Shown one piece after another: positions 41,816 to 64,000 of a stretch of 64,000 bases of DNA (position 1 is the first letter of the stretch; every line of letters begins with the position of its first letter). Position numbers and translations under genes: made by a program. The stretch is from Tubulanus polymorphus (Eukaryota; Animalia; Nemertea), in NCBI RefSeq assembly GCF_964204645.1, contig NC_134027.1, forward strand, positions 8,092,485 through 8,156,484. Reading direction: 5' to 3'. The notes beneath the pieces were generated by a model. That model was not told where the DNA came from. It did no database searches and worked only from the letters and a program-made list of their open reading frames with translations.

Positions 41816-43237
41816 CTATAGAATATTACAGACACCTGATTGGCGAGTACGTTGTCGGGGCTCCTCGTGGCCACCACTTGCTCCGTTGTTCACGCCGTTT
41901 GCGTGTTTTACCCGCTCCTCCTCTAAACTTCTCTCAAGCTGTTCAGCTTTTGCCGAAGCGTTACTCAGCTCTCCTTCCAGTAGCAGTATTCGTTTATCTT
42001 TTTCCTCGTCGTCCAGGGCAAAACGCTTCAAGCGCAACTGTAAATCAGTTATTTTCTGTTCGAGGTCAGATTTATCCGCTGATGTCGTGTCCAATTTATC
42101 TTGCAAGTCTTTCTCGCGATCAGACGCTTCTACTTGGTCATTCACTGAGCGATCCCCCGATCCTCGCAACCCGTTTAGTTCATCTCTTACAATATCTAAT
42201 TCAGATTCTAGCTCCTTTATTTTGTCGTCCTTCATCTGTATTTCTGATTTTAGTCGAGTTATTTCATGTTCAAGGGCGGTATTTTCGTCGATGAGTTTTT
42301 GGAACGCTTCTCTCTCAGCCCCTTTGTCCTGTAAGCTACTTGTAGCAATAACGTCTGCATCGTCGTCGTCTGCTAAATTTGTAGCATTACCTTCATCAGC
42401 ACACTGAATTACTTCCGGGCTGGTTTCTCTTTTTACCTCGTCAAATGTTGACGCTGTTTCCACCTCTTCGGCTTGCTCTGTCTGTTCTTTTTCTTGTTCC
42501 GGTTCTGGTGATTCTGGTTTTTTGTTCTCAGACTCAGCTGGGGGTTCAGGAGGACTTTCTTCTGGATTAGCAACATCTTCAGAAGAAGTGCGTTCATCAA
42601 TTGTTTCGGATAAATCACCTCTACCTGTATGTTCGTCGACTAAATCAGATTTAGAAGTTTCGTGTTCATCGATTGTTGCTGATAAATCAGCTCCACCTTT
42701 CTGTTCATCGACTAAATCATCTGATTGCTCCCCTGGGTGGATCACTTCAGTATCTTCTGCTGGAAAATCTACCACATCTGCTGGTGCTTCTATCGGTTCA
42801 ACTGAATTATTTGGCCCACCGTTTTCATCTCGGTCAATTGTTGTAGGTTCCTGCCGTTGGTCTGTCGTTACATCCGGCTCAGTTTCTTTGACGGTATCGG
42901 TATCCTCGTTTGCAACAGGCTCTAATGATATATCTTTTTCTTCTGATTCGTCGTTATCTACATGTACATCGTTGCCTTGTTGGTGTTCAATCGAGTCACA
43001 ATCTTCTCGGTCATCATGTCCAGCACGAGCCGATTCGACAGGTGTCTCATTAGTTTCAGTATCAACTACACCGTTGTGTGTTTCTTCTCCATCCGCAGCA
43101 TCGTTCTTTGAGCTCATTTCCTCGTTTTGAGATTCTGGTCGACTACTATTATTCTTGGCTATTTCAACATCTGGTTTCTCGGCACTGGTTTGTAACGTAC
43201 TTTCTTGGCTGTCATCCATGCGGTAATTATTGGGCAT
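41816..43237 (-). CDS. Uncharacterised 473-aa acidic disordered and coiled-coil protein with C-terminal CAAX box (CNIL)
   Basis: Uninterrupted 1.4-kb ORF in AT-rich DNA; acceptor TTTTACAG just upstream of the ATG (~43259); heptad-rich segment FQKLIDENTALEHEITRLKSE...AEQLERSLEEER; ends RTRQSGVCNIL*. Confidence 0.85.
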   Translation of the reverse strand: MPNNYRMDDSQESTLQTSAEKPDVEIAKNNSSRPESQNEEMSSKNDAADGEETHNGVVDTETNETPVESARAGHDDREDCDSIEHQQGNDVHVDNDESEEKDISLEPVANEDTDTVKETEPDVTTDQRQEPTTIDRDENGGPNNSVEPIEAPADVVDFPAEDTEVIHPGEQSDDLVDEQKGGADLSATIDEHETSKSDLVDEHTGRGDLSETIDERTSSEDVANPEESPPEPPAESENKKPESPEPEQEKEQTEQAEEVETASTFDEVKRETSPEVIQCADEGNATNLADDDDADVIATSSLQDKGAEREAFQKLIDENTALEHEITRLKSEIQMKDDKIKELESELDIVRDELNGLRGSGDRSVNDQVEASDREKDLQDKLDTTSADKSDLEQKITDLQLRLKRFALDDEEKDKRILLLEGELSNASAKAEQLERSLEEERVKHANGVNNGASGGHEEPRQRTRQSGVCNIL

Positions 43238-46200
43238 CCTAGTAAGTTAGATACAATCTGTAAAAATAAATGAGAATGATTTCTACGTGAAAAATAGACT
43301 GCACGAAGCATTTTGTTATCGTTTAAGTCATAGAAATAAATGAACATCGGACTTGCAGCAAAAATATGTATTTCCACTGCTACGTAGCAAACAAAATCAA
43401 CAATTTTTACAACAAATCCATGAATTAAACAACGTTTTAGATTATAAATGATTTGAGGGAAATCTTATCCACGAATTCCCCGGAATACCAGACCTTTTAC
43501 TCAATGGTTCCTTAAAAATCAACAATGCAAATATACGATTAAGATGTATACGCAGGCTTACTTTCGACTTACAGTGTGGTTTGCAATAATGACTGATTAT
43601 CCAAATTCACCGAAATATATAGGAAAACCTAACCATTTTACTCTAATCTAACAACGAATAACCATGAACGAAAAATGCACTTCTAAAAGTACGAGTAGGT
43701 CAGTAAAACAGGCGTTGATCTAAGCATGTACATAGTTTGTGTTCGTTCGCAATAAAAATATTGAAATGCGTGTTTTATTCCAAACAAAAGACACGTTCAA
43801 TATTTCATTGTATGTTCAATCCACCGTTCCCACGTTTTAATCGCCTATCAAAAATCTTAAATCAAATTTTTCTTAACAGCTTTCTGTCCCGGTTTAAATG
43901 AAATCTTTGATTTTGCTGTAACCAACAACAATTTTTTGCATTATATGTTTTTAGTGTACGCGTCGTCAAAACCAAACAATTCGTTTTATTTTATTTCTTG
44001 AATATATTTCCCGTTGCTTTTCGCCAAAGACTTTCAATTGATCAAAAATCCAGAAATCTCGTTAAAGTTTAGCACATCTTTATTCTAAAAACAATTTCCC
44101 CAAACACTGTCAGTAATGAAATCATTGATTGAATAGATTACAGTACATACCTGTATAGGCCTACTGGCAATAGACTTCTATTTAGCAACAATTCCAGATT
44201 AGATTAGATTCTTAACATTAATGTGGGTTATGTCCATAGCGAGAATTTTATTTTATATAAGTACTGGTGGTCGTGTGGATACCGGTAAACAGAATAATAG
44301 AGATGACAGGGTTTGTGTGGTCAATAAACCCTGTGTCCACGACACCCGGCAGAACTGCGATAAATAATAAATCCGGACAATGCGCTGGTCCTCTCAACAT
44401 GTTACAATGACGAAATCTATTGTTTTCCAAGAGAGGCAGAACTTTCTCAAAGCATCGATTCCGAATAGAATTCTCAGCTTACCTAGGTCAAATGTATTTA
44501 AATTTCATTTGGATTACGGATGCTGATTTGTTCATGTTTTTGGTCAACCTCTTAGAACATATTTTTTTGGTTGATCAAAGATATGAAGTTGGTGTTTCTA
44601 ATATCTGGCTTTTTGTGTTTTTTCAATTAAAACCCTTCCCCTTTGTGATTGTACGTGAGATTAATTCTGCTCCAGTTTTCAATAATAAGTAATCCACTGA
44701 CGATCGAAAAATGTTCTTGGCAGACGGAGTTAATCGACCATCACTTTATCCCATACTCAATGCACTACAGCTTCTAAATCCTTCAGATGTTCAATATAGC
44801 GTTAGTATTGTCATAATTAATCTTACGCATATATATGATAGTATTATATACGTATCTTCAAATTGTGACCGAAATTCTATAGGATAATGACTCAAATGAA
44901 ACGTAGATGGGAAATTTTAATTCTGAGATTCATTTCGTTTATGTTCGATGTTACTGTGACATACCAAACGGTAGAACGTTAGAAATACATTTACAATTTC
45001 CAAGTGTAATTCTACATCTTATCGAAATTGCCTCTGGAAACCGTAGAAAAGGCATCGAGAAAACTGATTTTTCCGTTCAATTGAAAATGTAAAGGTGTCA
45101 AAATTTGATGGCGTGCCATGACAATACCAATGAATCGGGAAATGCAATCGACTGTGAAATTGATGAGTAATTCATCCTTGATCGATCTCCTGCCTTCTAA
45201 ATAGTCCAGCCGTCGAACCGATGTGCTGTGGTTTGTTTATTATTATTGCCACTGATCGATTCGGCTATCTTCATCCAACATATTTTCAATATTACCATAA
45301 ATCGATGAAATGAATATTGCTCTCAAGCACGCAAAGAGCATTTTTCAGCTTTTTGGAAATGAAATTCCCCTAGACGATAGAGCTAAGCATTTGTTTATCT
45401 GAGATTGTTTACTAGTTAAAATGTTGATTTCATAACCCCCTTTAAAAGCATGTTATAAGGGCCATTTCTTCTTAATTTCGTTCAATGTTTCTGAAAATCT
45501 TGTTTCTTATTACGACCAAATATGATTTCAGTAGGTTGCTTTCTCAAATAGATGATGACTAGAAAATGCATAAGTACCTAATCACAAATAGTGTTAGTTT
45601 TAATCAACAATAATTGACAAAAAGCGATTTTACATGTGCTGAAATTAAAGAAGACAACGCCACGATTGTTGTTGACAACTCACCTGAAAAGACAGTTCCA
45701 GATTGGACTTGCACCGTTGTATTCCTCAGTAATAGTACTGTCGTGTGGTATACACGGAAACGTCACTAGTGTGTTTAATGAGTATAAGTCCATTGATCTT
45801 AACGGGACAAATAAATTATACACCTGTACAGGTCACAGCAGACGGATTTAATTACCGCCAAGCGGATAAGATTACCGAGTTCCGTCTGGGGTCCGTGCTG
45901 GTGGGACATTTCCATTAACATTCTTGGTCGTAACAAGAGAATGACAGATTAATGTGGTTTAAAAATTAGAGTGCATGTCAGAAATAGGAGGACAAATTGA
46001 TGTCTTGGCCGAATTTTCGCTCAATGGAGGAAGATATGGTTCATTGCCCAAAAGGGTGACGTTATCTTCTGATTCCATGCAATTACTTGTAACAGCAACT
46101 GATAAACCTCATAATTTCCGCGAATATATCGTCGTTTCTAGCTCCCCGTCAATGTTCGCCTTGATCGCTTTCCCGAACAGCATCACCTTTCAAAAAATGT

Positions 46201-47276
46201 TATTCAAGGATACTGGGATCCATTGGGTATAGGTAAACGTTTGCAGTTGACAAACGTGACCTCTTGAGCACTCAGGAAAATAAAAGAGGTGTCAGAAAAA
46301 TATATTTGCTTTTAGAGATGTCAGTTCAGTACTATGTAATGTTTGTTTTCTCTTTCTAAAGCGCAATCTCTGTTTTGGCATATGATCGTTTTGAGTCCAA
46401 AGAATATCTTATCCAGTCAACTTAAAAACAACTATGACAAGGTAGAAGTTTTCATTCATATCATATAAAAAATATTTATTTACAAACCACTCATAGATAG
46501 ATATATACATTTTATACATAATAAGATGACTAAAAACATTCATTTCTCTCATGCCCTTAATTAAATCGCAAAGTAAACTACCTTCCAAACAAAGGAACAG
46601 ATAACCATAGAATGTAAGAAAATCATTTGAACCTCGCTCCCCGAAGTCACTAGGGTTATCGATATCGATATGGTTAATCTGACAAAGGAGACATCAACCA
46701 TCATGTAACATGTTCATGCATCTAATACCCGATCTCATACCTACGTACTGTATGTAATTACTGAGATCAATGAGAAAAATAGATTTATCTCATTAATTGG
46801 ATCACGACCGATATTCGTAAAATATGTACCTCACTGCATATTAACACTAGGATGCTATCAACAAGGGTGATCAATTTCAGTCAAGTTAAGAGCAATTACC
46901 CTGATAAATTAGACTAATTTCTCTTGAGGGTCTGAGTAGTCATTCTAACTACTACCTAGTAATTACTCTAATATAGAGTCTAGCCAATAAGTTCACTATG
47001 GGAAATGAGTATTCACCTCAAAATTTTAACAAAAACCACTGAGACGGAACAATTATCTATAACAACTATACTACTATTAGTTTGTTAAGGTTAAACTTTG
47101 TATCCGGTAGATCATTGACATTCATAGCTGCATGATCAGCCTTGAAAATTAATAAAACTGATTATTTCCATATTTAAAAAAAAGAACATGACTATCATGG
47201 TTTTCTTTTGACATTCATACCCCTGTAAAATATTCCATATTCACTAATATACACATTTCTGTTTGTTGTCAAGTAT

Positions 47277-50200
47277 TCAACTGTTGACAGTTGACTCCAA
47301 ACTGTAAATATCGGTAATATCACTAATAATGTCCTTGATTATTGAAATGTTGATCTCGTCAGAAAATACCTGAAATATAAAAATCATATTATTTTATAAA
47401 GTTTGAATAAAACATCAATAATAACTGTGTTAAAACGAATCCTGAAAGCTAATGGTTGCCTCAAATCAAAATCATTTTCTCCAGCTAGAAAATGATTGTT
47501 TATTTTCATAAAGAATTCTTATTTTCTTTTTACATTCATATAAACTTTTGTATACCATCATACATGTTGAGTTACAGACACTAAATCCAAAATACAAAAA
47601 TTTTGTTGATTTCGATCACAAAAATACGCCCCAAAAATACATACCTCCCACCACCTTAGATCTGCATCATGGTCGTGTGGAACCTCAATACCATAAGATT
47701 GCAATGTTTGATACAAAACAGCGATGGCGATATGTTCAGGCTTATAACGTAGACATACGCTTCCGTGATAACTGTCCCTTAAAATACTCCAAGCCGTTTT
47801 CGCGATTGGTATCTTTTCCGTCGTTGTGGGTTCGAGCCAGTTGTAAATCGATTTCAGATAGTGCAGCAAGTACTGAAAAATTACGAAAATACATTTCAAC
47901 ATTATAATAATTCCAGCAAATTACAAAGTCGCCAATCAACGATCAAATTGTATGAAATTTTTCTTGCATAGCTGAAAATAGAATAACTACATTTATGAAT
48001 AATCAAAATCAACGTTCATGTTCATAAATTCTCCAATATGGTATCATCCTCATCACTAAGCGTCCTTGATAAAGAAGACCCCAACAAAAAATCAGTTTCC
48101 TTCGTCAAATTATTCATATCCTCCTTTTCTCCAACAACAATCGATTCTGGTTTTTCATCACACGTAAAATCGTTCTCTTCATCACTTTCATTCTCACTTC
48201 CGTCATCCATATACAAACGTCCGTCAGCATAAATTCGCAACTGCCCGTGGAGCATCTCCAGTTGCGCATTTTTCATCTGAATGTAGTTGAAATAGTTGTT
48301 GCGAATTCCTTCCAAGATAATCAGCTGAATTCCGTAATTGGTATAGAAAGGTGAATTTCGATCGAAATAAGCCAGTCGAACTCTACTGCGAATGCGTTCG
48401 ATTTTCGTTTCAAGAACATGAACTTGTTTCGTTGCTCCGTAAAGACAATTCTGCACATTTAGTAAGCGCATGTATAGTTGATTTACTTTTCTCATTCTAT
48501 GACTTGGCTCTGCTAGTTGTTCCTGTGTTACTGTAATTTCTCAGTATAAGTTTTGGACTTTGCAAATGACATGCTCAAAAGGTCTGCTCAATGACCGAAA
48601 CTTCAAAGTGTGACCGATTGCCTGATCAATGTTACAATCACACATGTCAAAAACTCATGATTTCAAACTTGAAAATGCTATTAAAACTGCACTATAATTA
48701 CAAAAACTAAATTGGCAAAACAACAAATGTTTCAAAACTTAAATAAACTTAAATCCCATCTTTATATCAAAAAGCAAACAATAGTTCAAATTCTTATTCA
48801 TTTCTCATTATCACTGATTTCGAATTTGTCATTTTCATCCCAAAGAGAGAACATGAGGAAAAATAAAATGAAACCATAATATCAATTACAACTACATGTC
48901 ATTATTTGTTAGGAAAATGGGTTCTATCAATTGGGGTATTAGGGGAATTCATGTAGTATATGGCATGTCAACGAAAAGAATGATGGGCAATTAGGCCATA
49001 GTTTACATGAATGTATTGTTCCAAGATGAGCCATAATCTCCTACTGCCATTGTTTCCACTACACACAGGTGCCAGTAAACACATGACAAACTTGCCCACT
49101 GATCTAGCAGGTATGATGCTAATATGACAATTAGTGTTGGGCATTGTCTTAAATGCACTAATCATGTAATGATATGGAGAGCATGTTTAATGGGCATTGT
49201 ATCCTGCTGAGTCTAGGCTCTAGTGGTTTGGGACTCTTTGCTCAATACATTGTGACATCAGACACAGATTTCATTACAAACACGTCTGTCTTACACGCAT
49301 GCTTATAAAGCCGTAGATCAGGGCAGACCGAATCATAACCGTACCGATCACCGAACGAACATGAGATTACGAAGTCAATCGCGAGCCGAGTCTCGATATG
49401 AACAACTACTCGTTGCACCGGGCATCGAAGCTCGACACAAGCTCGGGAGAGTTGAACGTCAGTTTATTCGCGCTTGTCATCAGATAACGTTTCTCGATCG
49501 TAAACTGGATCATATTCAGGCGAGATACAGCCGTGCGACTCGCGACAATCAACGATCGTTCAGATACACGTTACGCTTACAGCTCGCGTCCGTGGAAGGC
49601 GTACGCAACGCATTCTACGCTTACGCTTACAAAAAGGCGGATGAGATGACGGCCATACGTTTACAGCTACATGCCAGACAGATACCGGTGTCAGAATCTG
49701 ATGATAGTTCATTCAGCAGTAATACTAGCAGCACCAGCAGCCAAGACTCTGCAGCTTTTGAAGAAACAATGACCTGAACGATGTCCCGAACGAGACTACC
49801 CCACTTCATTCGTACGATGTCCAACACAGAAGTCGCCGATGATGATGAAAACGCAGCAGAAGAACTCCAGAAGAAGATGAAGACAGCATCTAGTGGTTTA
49901 CCACAATCAAACAGCTCTTTTCAGAGCTAACTAAATCTCCAAGAAATAGTCAGTTTATGATTTTGACCTCGCCTGTGCTTCCTCTCATACCTCACACCAG
50001 CAGATAGATCCTTGATAGATTAACTGGTCTATCAGGGAATCAGTTGTTAAATCATGGAGTTACGAACGATTCTAAATAATAGTACCTTGTGTGGGTGTTT
50101 GAAGACTAAGTGAAATTTGAGTACACGCATGATGAACAGCTCACACTGCGTTACAGATTCACGGAGATTCCAATACCTTTCTCCAATCTCTAGGGGAGGT

Positions 50201-50912
50201 TGATCAGGGTGAAGTGTCCTGTAAAATGTGAATAATTTACACATTAGAGCTGGTCTCAGTTTCAAAAGAGATACACAGTGAATTAGTTACCTGAAGCATA
50301 CATTCACGACATCCCTCAGTTTGAGATGATCCTCTTCGACTCTACCAGCTAAATATAATGATGTAGCTCCTATCAGCTGAAATGAATATAAGATTTTAAA
50401 CAAAGGAAATAAAATGGACTAGAAACGGAGTCGAATTGAACAATTTGATAGATTAACTAGAATTTAATAAGTTTTATCCAATTTATCAATATCATAAACC
50501 ATTAATATCTAGGCTTAACTTACATAAGGGTCATAGTACATAGTTTCACATTCAGCGAAGAATTTATGATAAATATGACATGCTGTTGCAAGAGTTGCCG
50601 ATCGAATACGTAATTTAAGTCCTGAAAACAATGAATTCAGTAACACTTTATAGCGCAACCACTCTTTTTCCAAAGTAGTAATCTATAGACCTTAACCTAT
50701 CTAATAAAAGGCTTTAAAATACCAATTGAATATTGTCAATGTAAAAATCTAATTTAATTTGAATTCAATTGATTGTTGTCTTCAGCCGTCACAGACCAGT
50801 GTGGCTGGTTAGGGATAAATAACCAATTTATCAGCAACTCACCGGATTCAAACATGAATCTGGCTGTTTTAAAATGTAAACGGGCTTTCGATTCGGTTTG
50901 CTGACTATCCAT
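47277..50912 (-). CDS. CCNQ: Cyclin Q (cyclin M/FAM58A, CDK10 partner), 6 exons
   Basis: Exons 50912-50843, 50621-50524, 50376-50291, 50218-50086, 47872-47645, 47369-47277. ARLHFKTARFMFESGLKL, ATACHIYHKFF, YDPYLIGATSLYLAGRVEE, CELFIMRVLKF..HPHKYLLHYL, AWSILRDSYHG and WWEVF match cyclin Q. Confidence 0.96.
48022..48495 (-). CDS. Nested intronless ORF B in CCNQ intron 4 (157 aa, helical domain plus acidic tail); paralog of ORF A
   Basis: Open frame with coding-like composition; aligns without gaps to ORF A over ~79 aa. Confidence 0.7.
   Translation of the reverse strand: MRKVNQLYMRLLNVQNCLYGATKQVHVLETKIERIRSRVRLAYFDRNSPFYTNYGIQLIILEGIRNNYFNYIQMKNAQLEMLHGQLRIYADGRLYMDDGSENESDEENDFTCDEKPESIVVGEKEDMNNLTKETDFLLGSSLSRTLSDEDDTILENL
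49253..49309 (+). promoter_or_regulatory. Putative core promoter of nested ORF A: CRE-like TGACATCA and TATA box
   Basis: TGACATCA at 49253-49260 and TATAAA at 49304-49309, ~55 nt before the ATG in AACATG context. Confidence 0.55.
49361..49777 (+). CDS. Nested intronless ORF A in CCNQ intron 4, antisense to the host (138 aa, helical domain plus Ser/acidic tail)
   Basis: GC-richer, CpG-retaining ORF with upstream TATA; gap-free homology to ORF B. Confidence 0.8.
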   Translation: MRLRSQSRAESRYEQLLVAPGIEARHKLGRVERQFIRACHQITFLDRKLDHIQARYSRATRDNQRSFRYTLRLQLASVEGVRNAFYAYAYKKADEMTAIRLQLHARQIPVSESDDSSFSSNTSSTSSQDSAAFEETMT

Positions 50913-51258
50913 TCCGATCAATCAAGGGCTGCTTTTTAAGGGGAAAAGCCAAAAAGTTGCCAAAACTACCCAGCCATGGGCGCTGCCATTTTGAAGGGAT
51001 CATCAAGTAAATTATTAGTAGCTGAGTCGATCGAAGGGACAAGAGGAAATAAATACCTTATGCTCCCTTCTTTCGAAGTCAGAGCATGCGCATTGGATTC
51101 CCGCTGGCGCGTTTCCTGCTACAAAAATGGACGCTGACAAAAATTAAAATCGACGAATTATCACCTTCGAATAATACAAATTTAGCCGAAACCCTGTGCG
51201 CTCAAGCGTACATAAATAGTGCATGTAATTGAGAGAAAAAAAATCATCATCAATCACG
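50913..51258. promoter_or_regulatory. Bidirectional promoter CCNQ / SMC1
   Basis: Divergent ATGs ~350 bp apart; YY1-like GCCATTTT (~50985), NRF1-like GCATGCGCA (~51084), CCAAT (ATTGG) and E2F-like TTCCCGC/GGCGCG (~51098-51111). Confidence 0.7.
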
Positions 51259-63138
<11,880 letters not shown>

Positions 63139-63773
63139 AACTGATCGACTCCGCTTCAACTATCTGACTCTGAAAGTCTTCTGGTTGTTTCTGTGGCTGC
63201 GTTCCCCCTTTTCCGATTCGTTGAGTTTAGTTTCTGCTGTTCAAATCAAAATCATTTTATGTCGAAACGAATTTCGCGTTCCGCAGTTCTCGGCTTAGTC
63301 GAATCACTCATCCCTCAATTTTGAGAGCTATTTGATGACATTATCTGTGGAACTGGTTTCGCATTCTCATTTAAATGAACGTTATTATAATATGTTTAAA
63401 AAAAGTTTCTATTACTTGTTTTCGTGGTAATGAATGAAATTGAAATGAATCGATCGAAATGGAAAACCAAATGCATTTATATTGTTGTAAATATTTTTTC
63501 AGAAATGTTTCTCTAACTATTTTTCTTCCTGTATTGAGAATTGATAATATGTCGGCGAACGTCAATTGTTGGATTGTCTGAAGATAGAAATAATAATGTG
63601 CAATATTGTGAATAACGCTAATAGATATGCAATAGCTCGGATTAGGATAAGACGATAAAAAAAGTTAATTGAATTGAAAATCTGGTGTTAACAAAATGCT
63701 TAGGATCGTTGGGAGATCTGGTAAAAAGATGCCGCATTCACGCTGCTTAAACTGGGCCGTCTAACATAGGTTT

Positions 63774-63875
63774 CCGCATCCTCTCTCGGCGGGGATTCGA
63801 ACCCGATGGCAATGCATGACGGCGTGGCGGTCTCGATACCAGCAGGTTTGAATCCTCGCCGCAGGGAGGATGAGG
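63774..63875. repeat. Palindromic element made of two inverted tRNA/SINE B-box-like arms
   Basis: CATCCTCTCTCGGCGGGGATTCGAACCCG vs CAGGTTTGAATCCTCGCCGCAGGGAGGATG; a related single arm lies at ~25763-25794. Confidence 0.65.
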
Positions 63876-63954
63876 CGTTTCCATCAAGTTCAATCGGGGT
63901 TTGTTATTATTTGACTAATTGCCATTCATCAAAATCGACTTGAAAGATGAATTA

Positions 63955-64000
63955 CGTGCGTGTGCGTGTGCGTGTGCGTGTGCGTGTATGTATGTATGAT
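63955..64000. repeat. (GCGTGT)n followed by (GTAT)n microsatellite
   Basis: Direct reading. Confidence 0.95.

Noticed and set aside
41878-43130. Long plus-strand Ser-rich ORFs (173 and 202 aa)
   Set aside because: Antisense shadows of the acidic minus-strand CDS.
49570-49640. Resemblance of the EGVRN/EGIRN motif to HR1 Rho-binding repeats (EGAEN)
   Set aside because: The motif falls in a different part of the predicted hairpin and the similarity is too short to assign.
63785-63860. tRNA gene
   Set aside because: Only T-arm/B-box-like arms in inverted orientation; no cloverleaf or anticodon arm.

Overview
Eukaryotic, AT-rich, intron-dense genomic DNA from an invertebrate animal (lophotrochozoan is my inference, not proven). 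Spliced genes recognised by manual exon translation, in order: rotatin RTTN (+, 5761-17693); eIF2-beta EIF2S2 (-, 18933-21034), head-to-head with ZFAND1 (+, 21446-22940); an ELAPOR/KIAA1324-family receptor (+, 23536-37441); an unassigned acidic, coiled-coil, CAAX-ending ORF (-, 41816-43237); and cyclin Q CCNQ/FAM58A (-, 47277-50912), head-to-head with cohesin SMC1 (+, 51259-63138). The first 5 kb is repeat-rich, with minisatellites, MITEs and a filled/empty insertion-site pair. Main discoveries: (1) two divergently oriented, intronless paralogous ORFs of a small helical protein family I do not recognise, nested in CCNQ intron 4, each adjoining a single in-frame TGA with extra open frame beyond it; (2) a tandemly amplified set of SNORA36/snR36-like H/ACA snoRNAs in SMC1 introns; (3) candidate cassette exons and a microexon in the ELAPOR gene. 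All boundaries were read by eye and no database searches were run.
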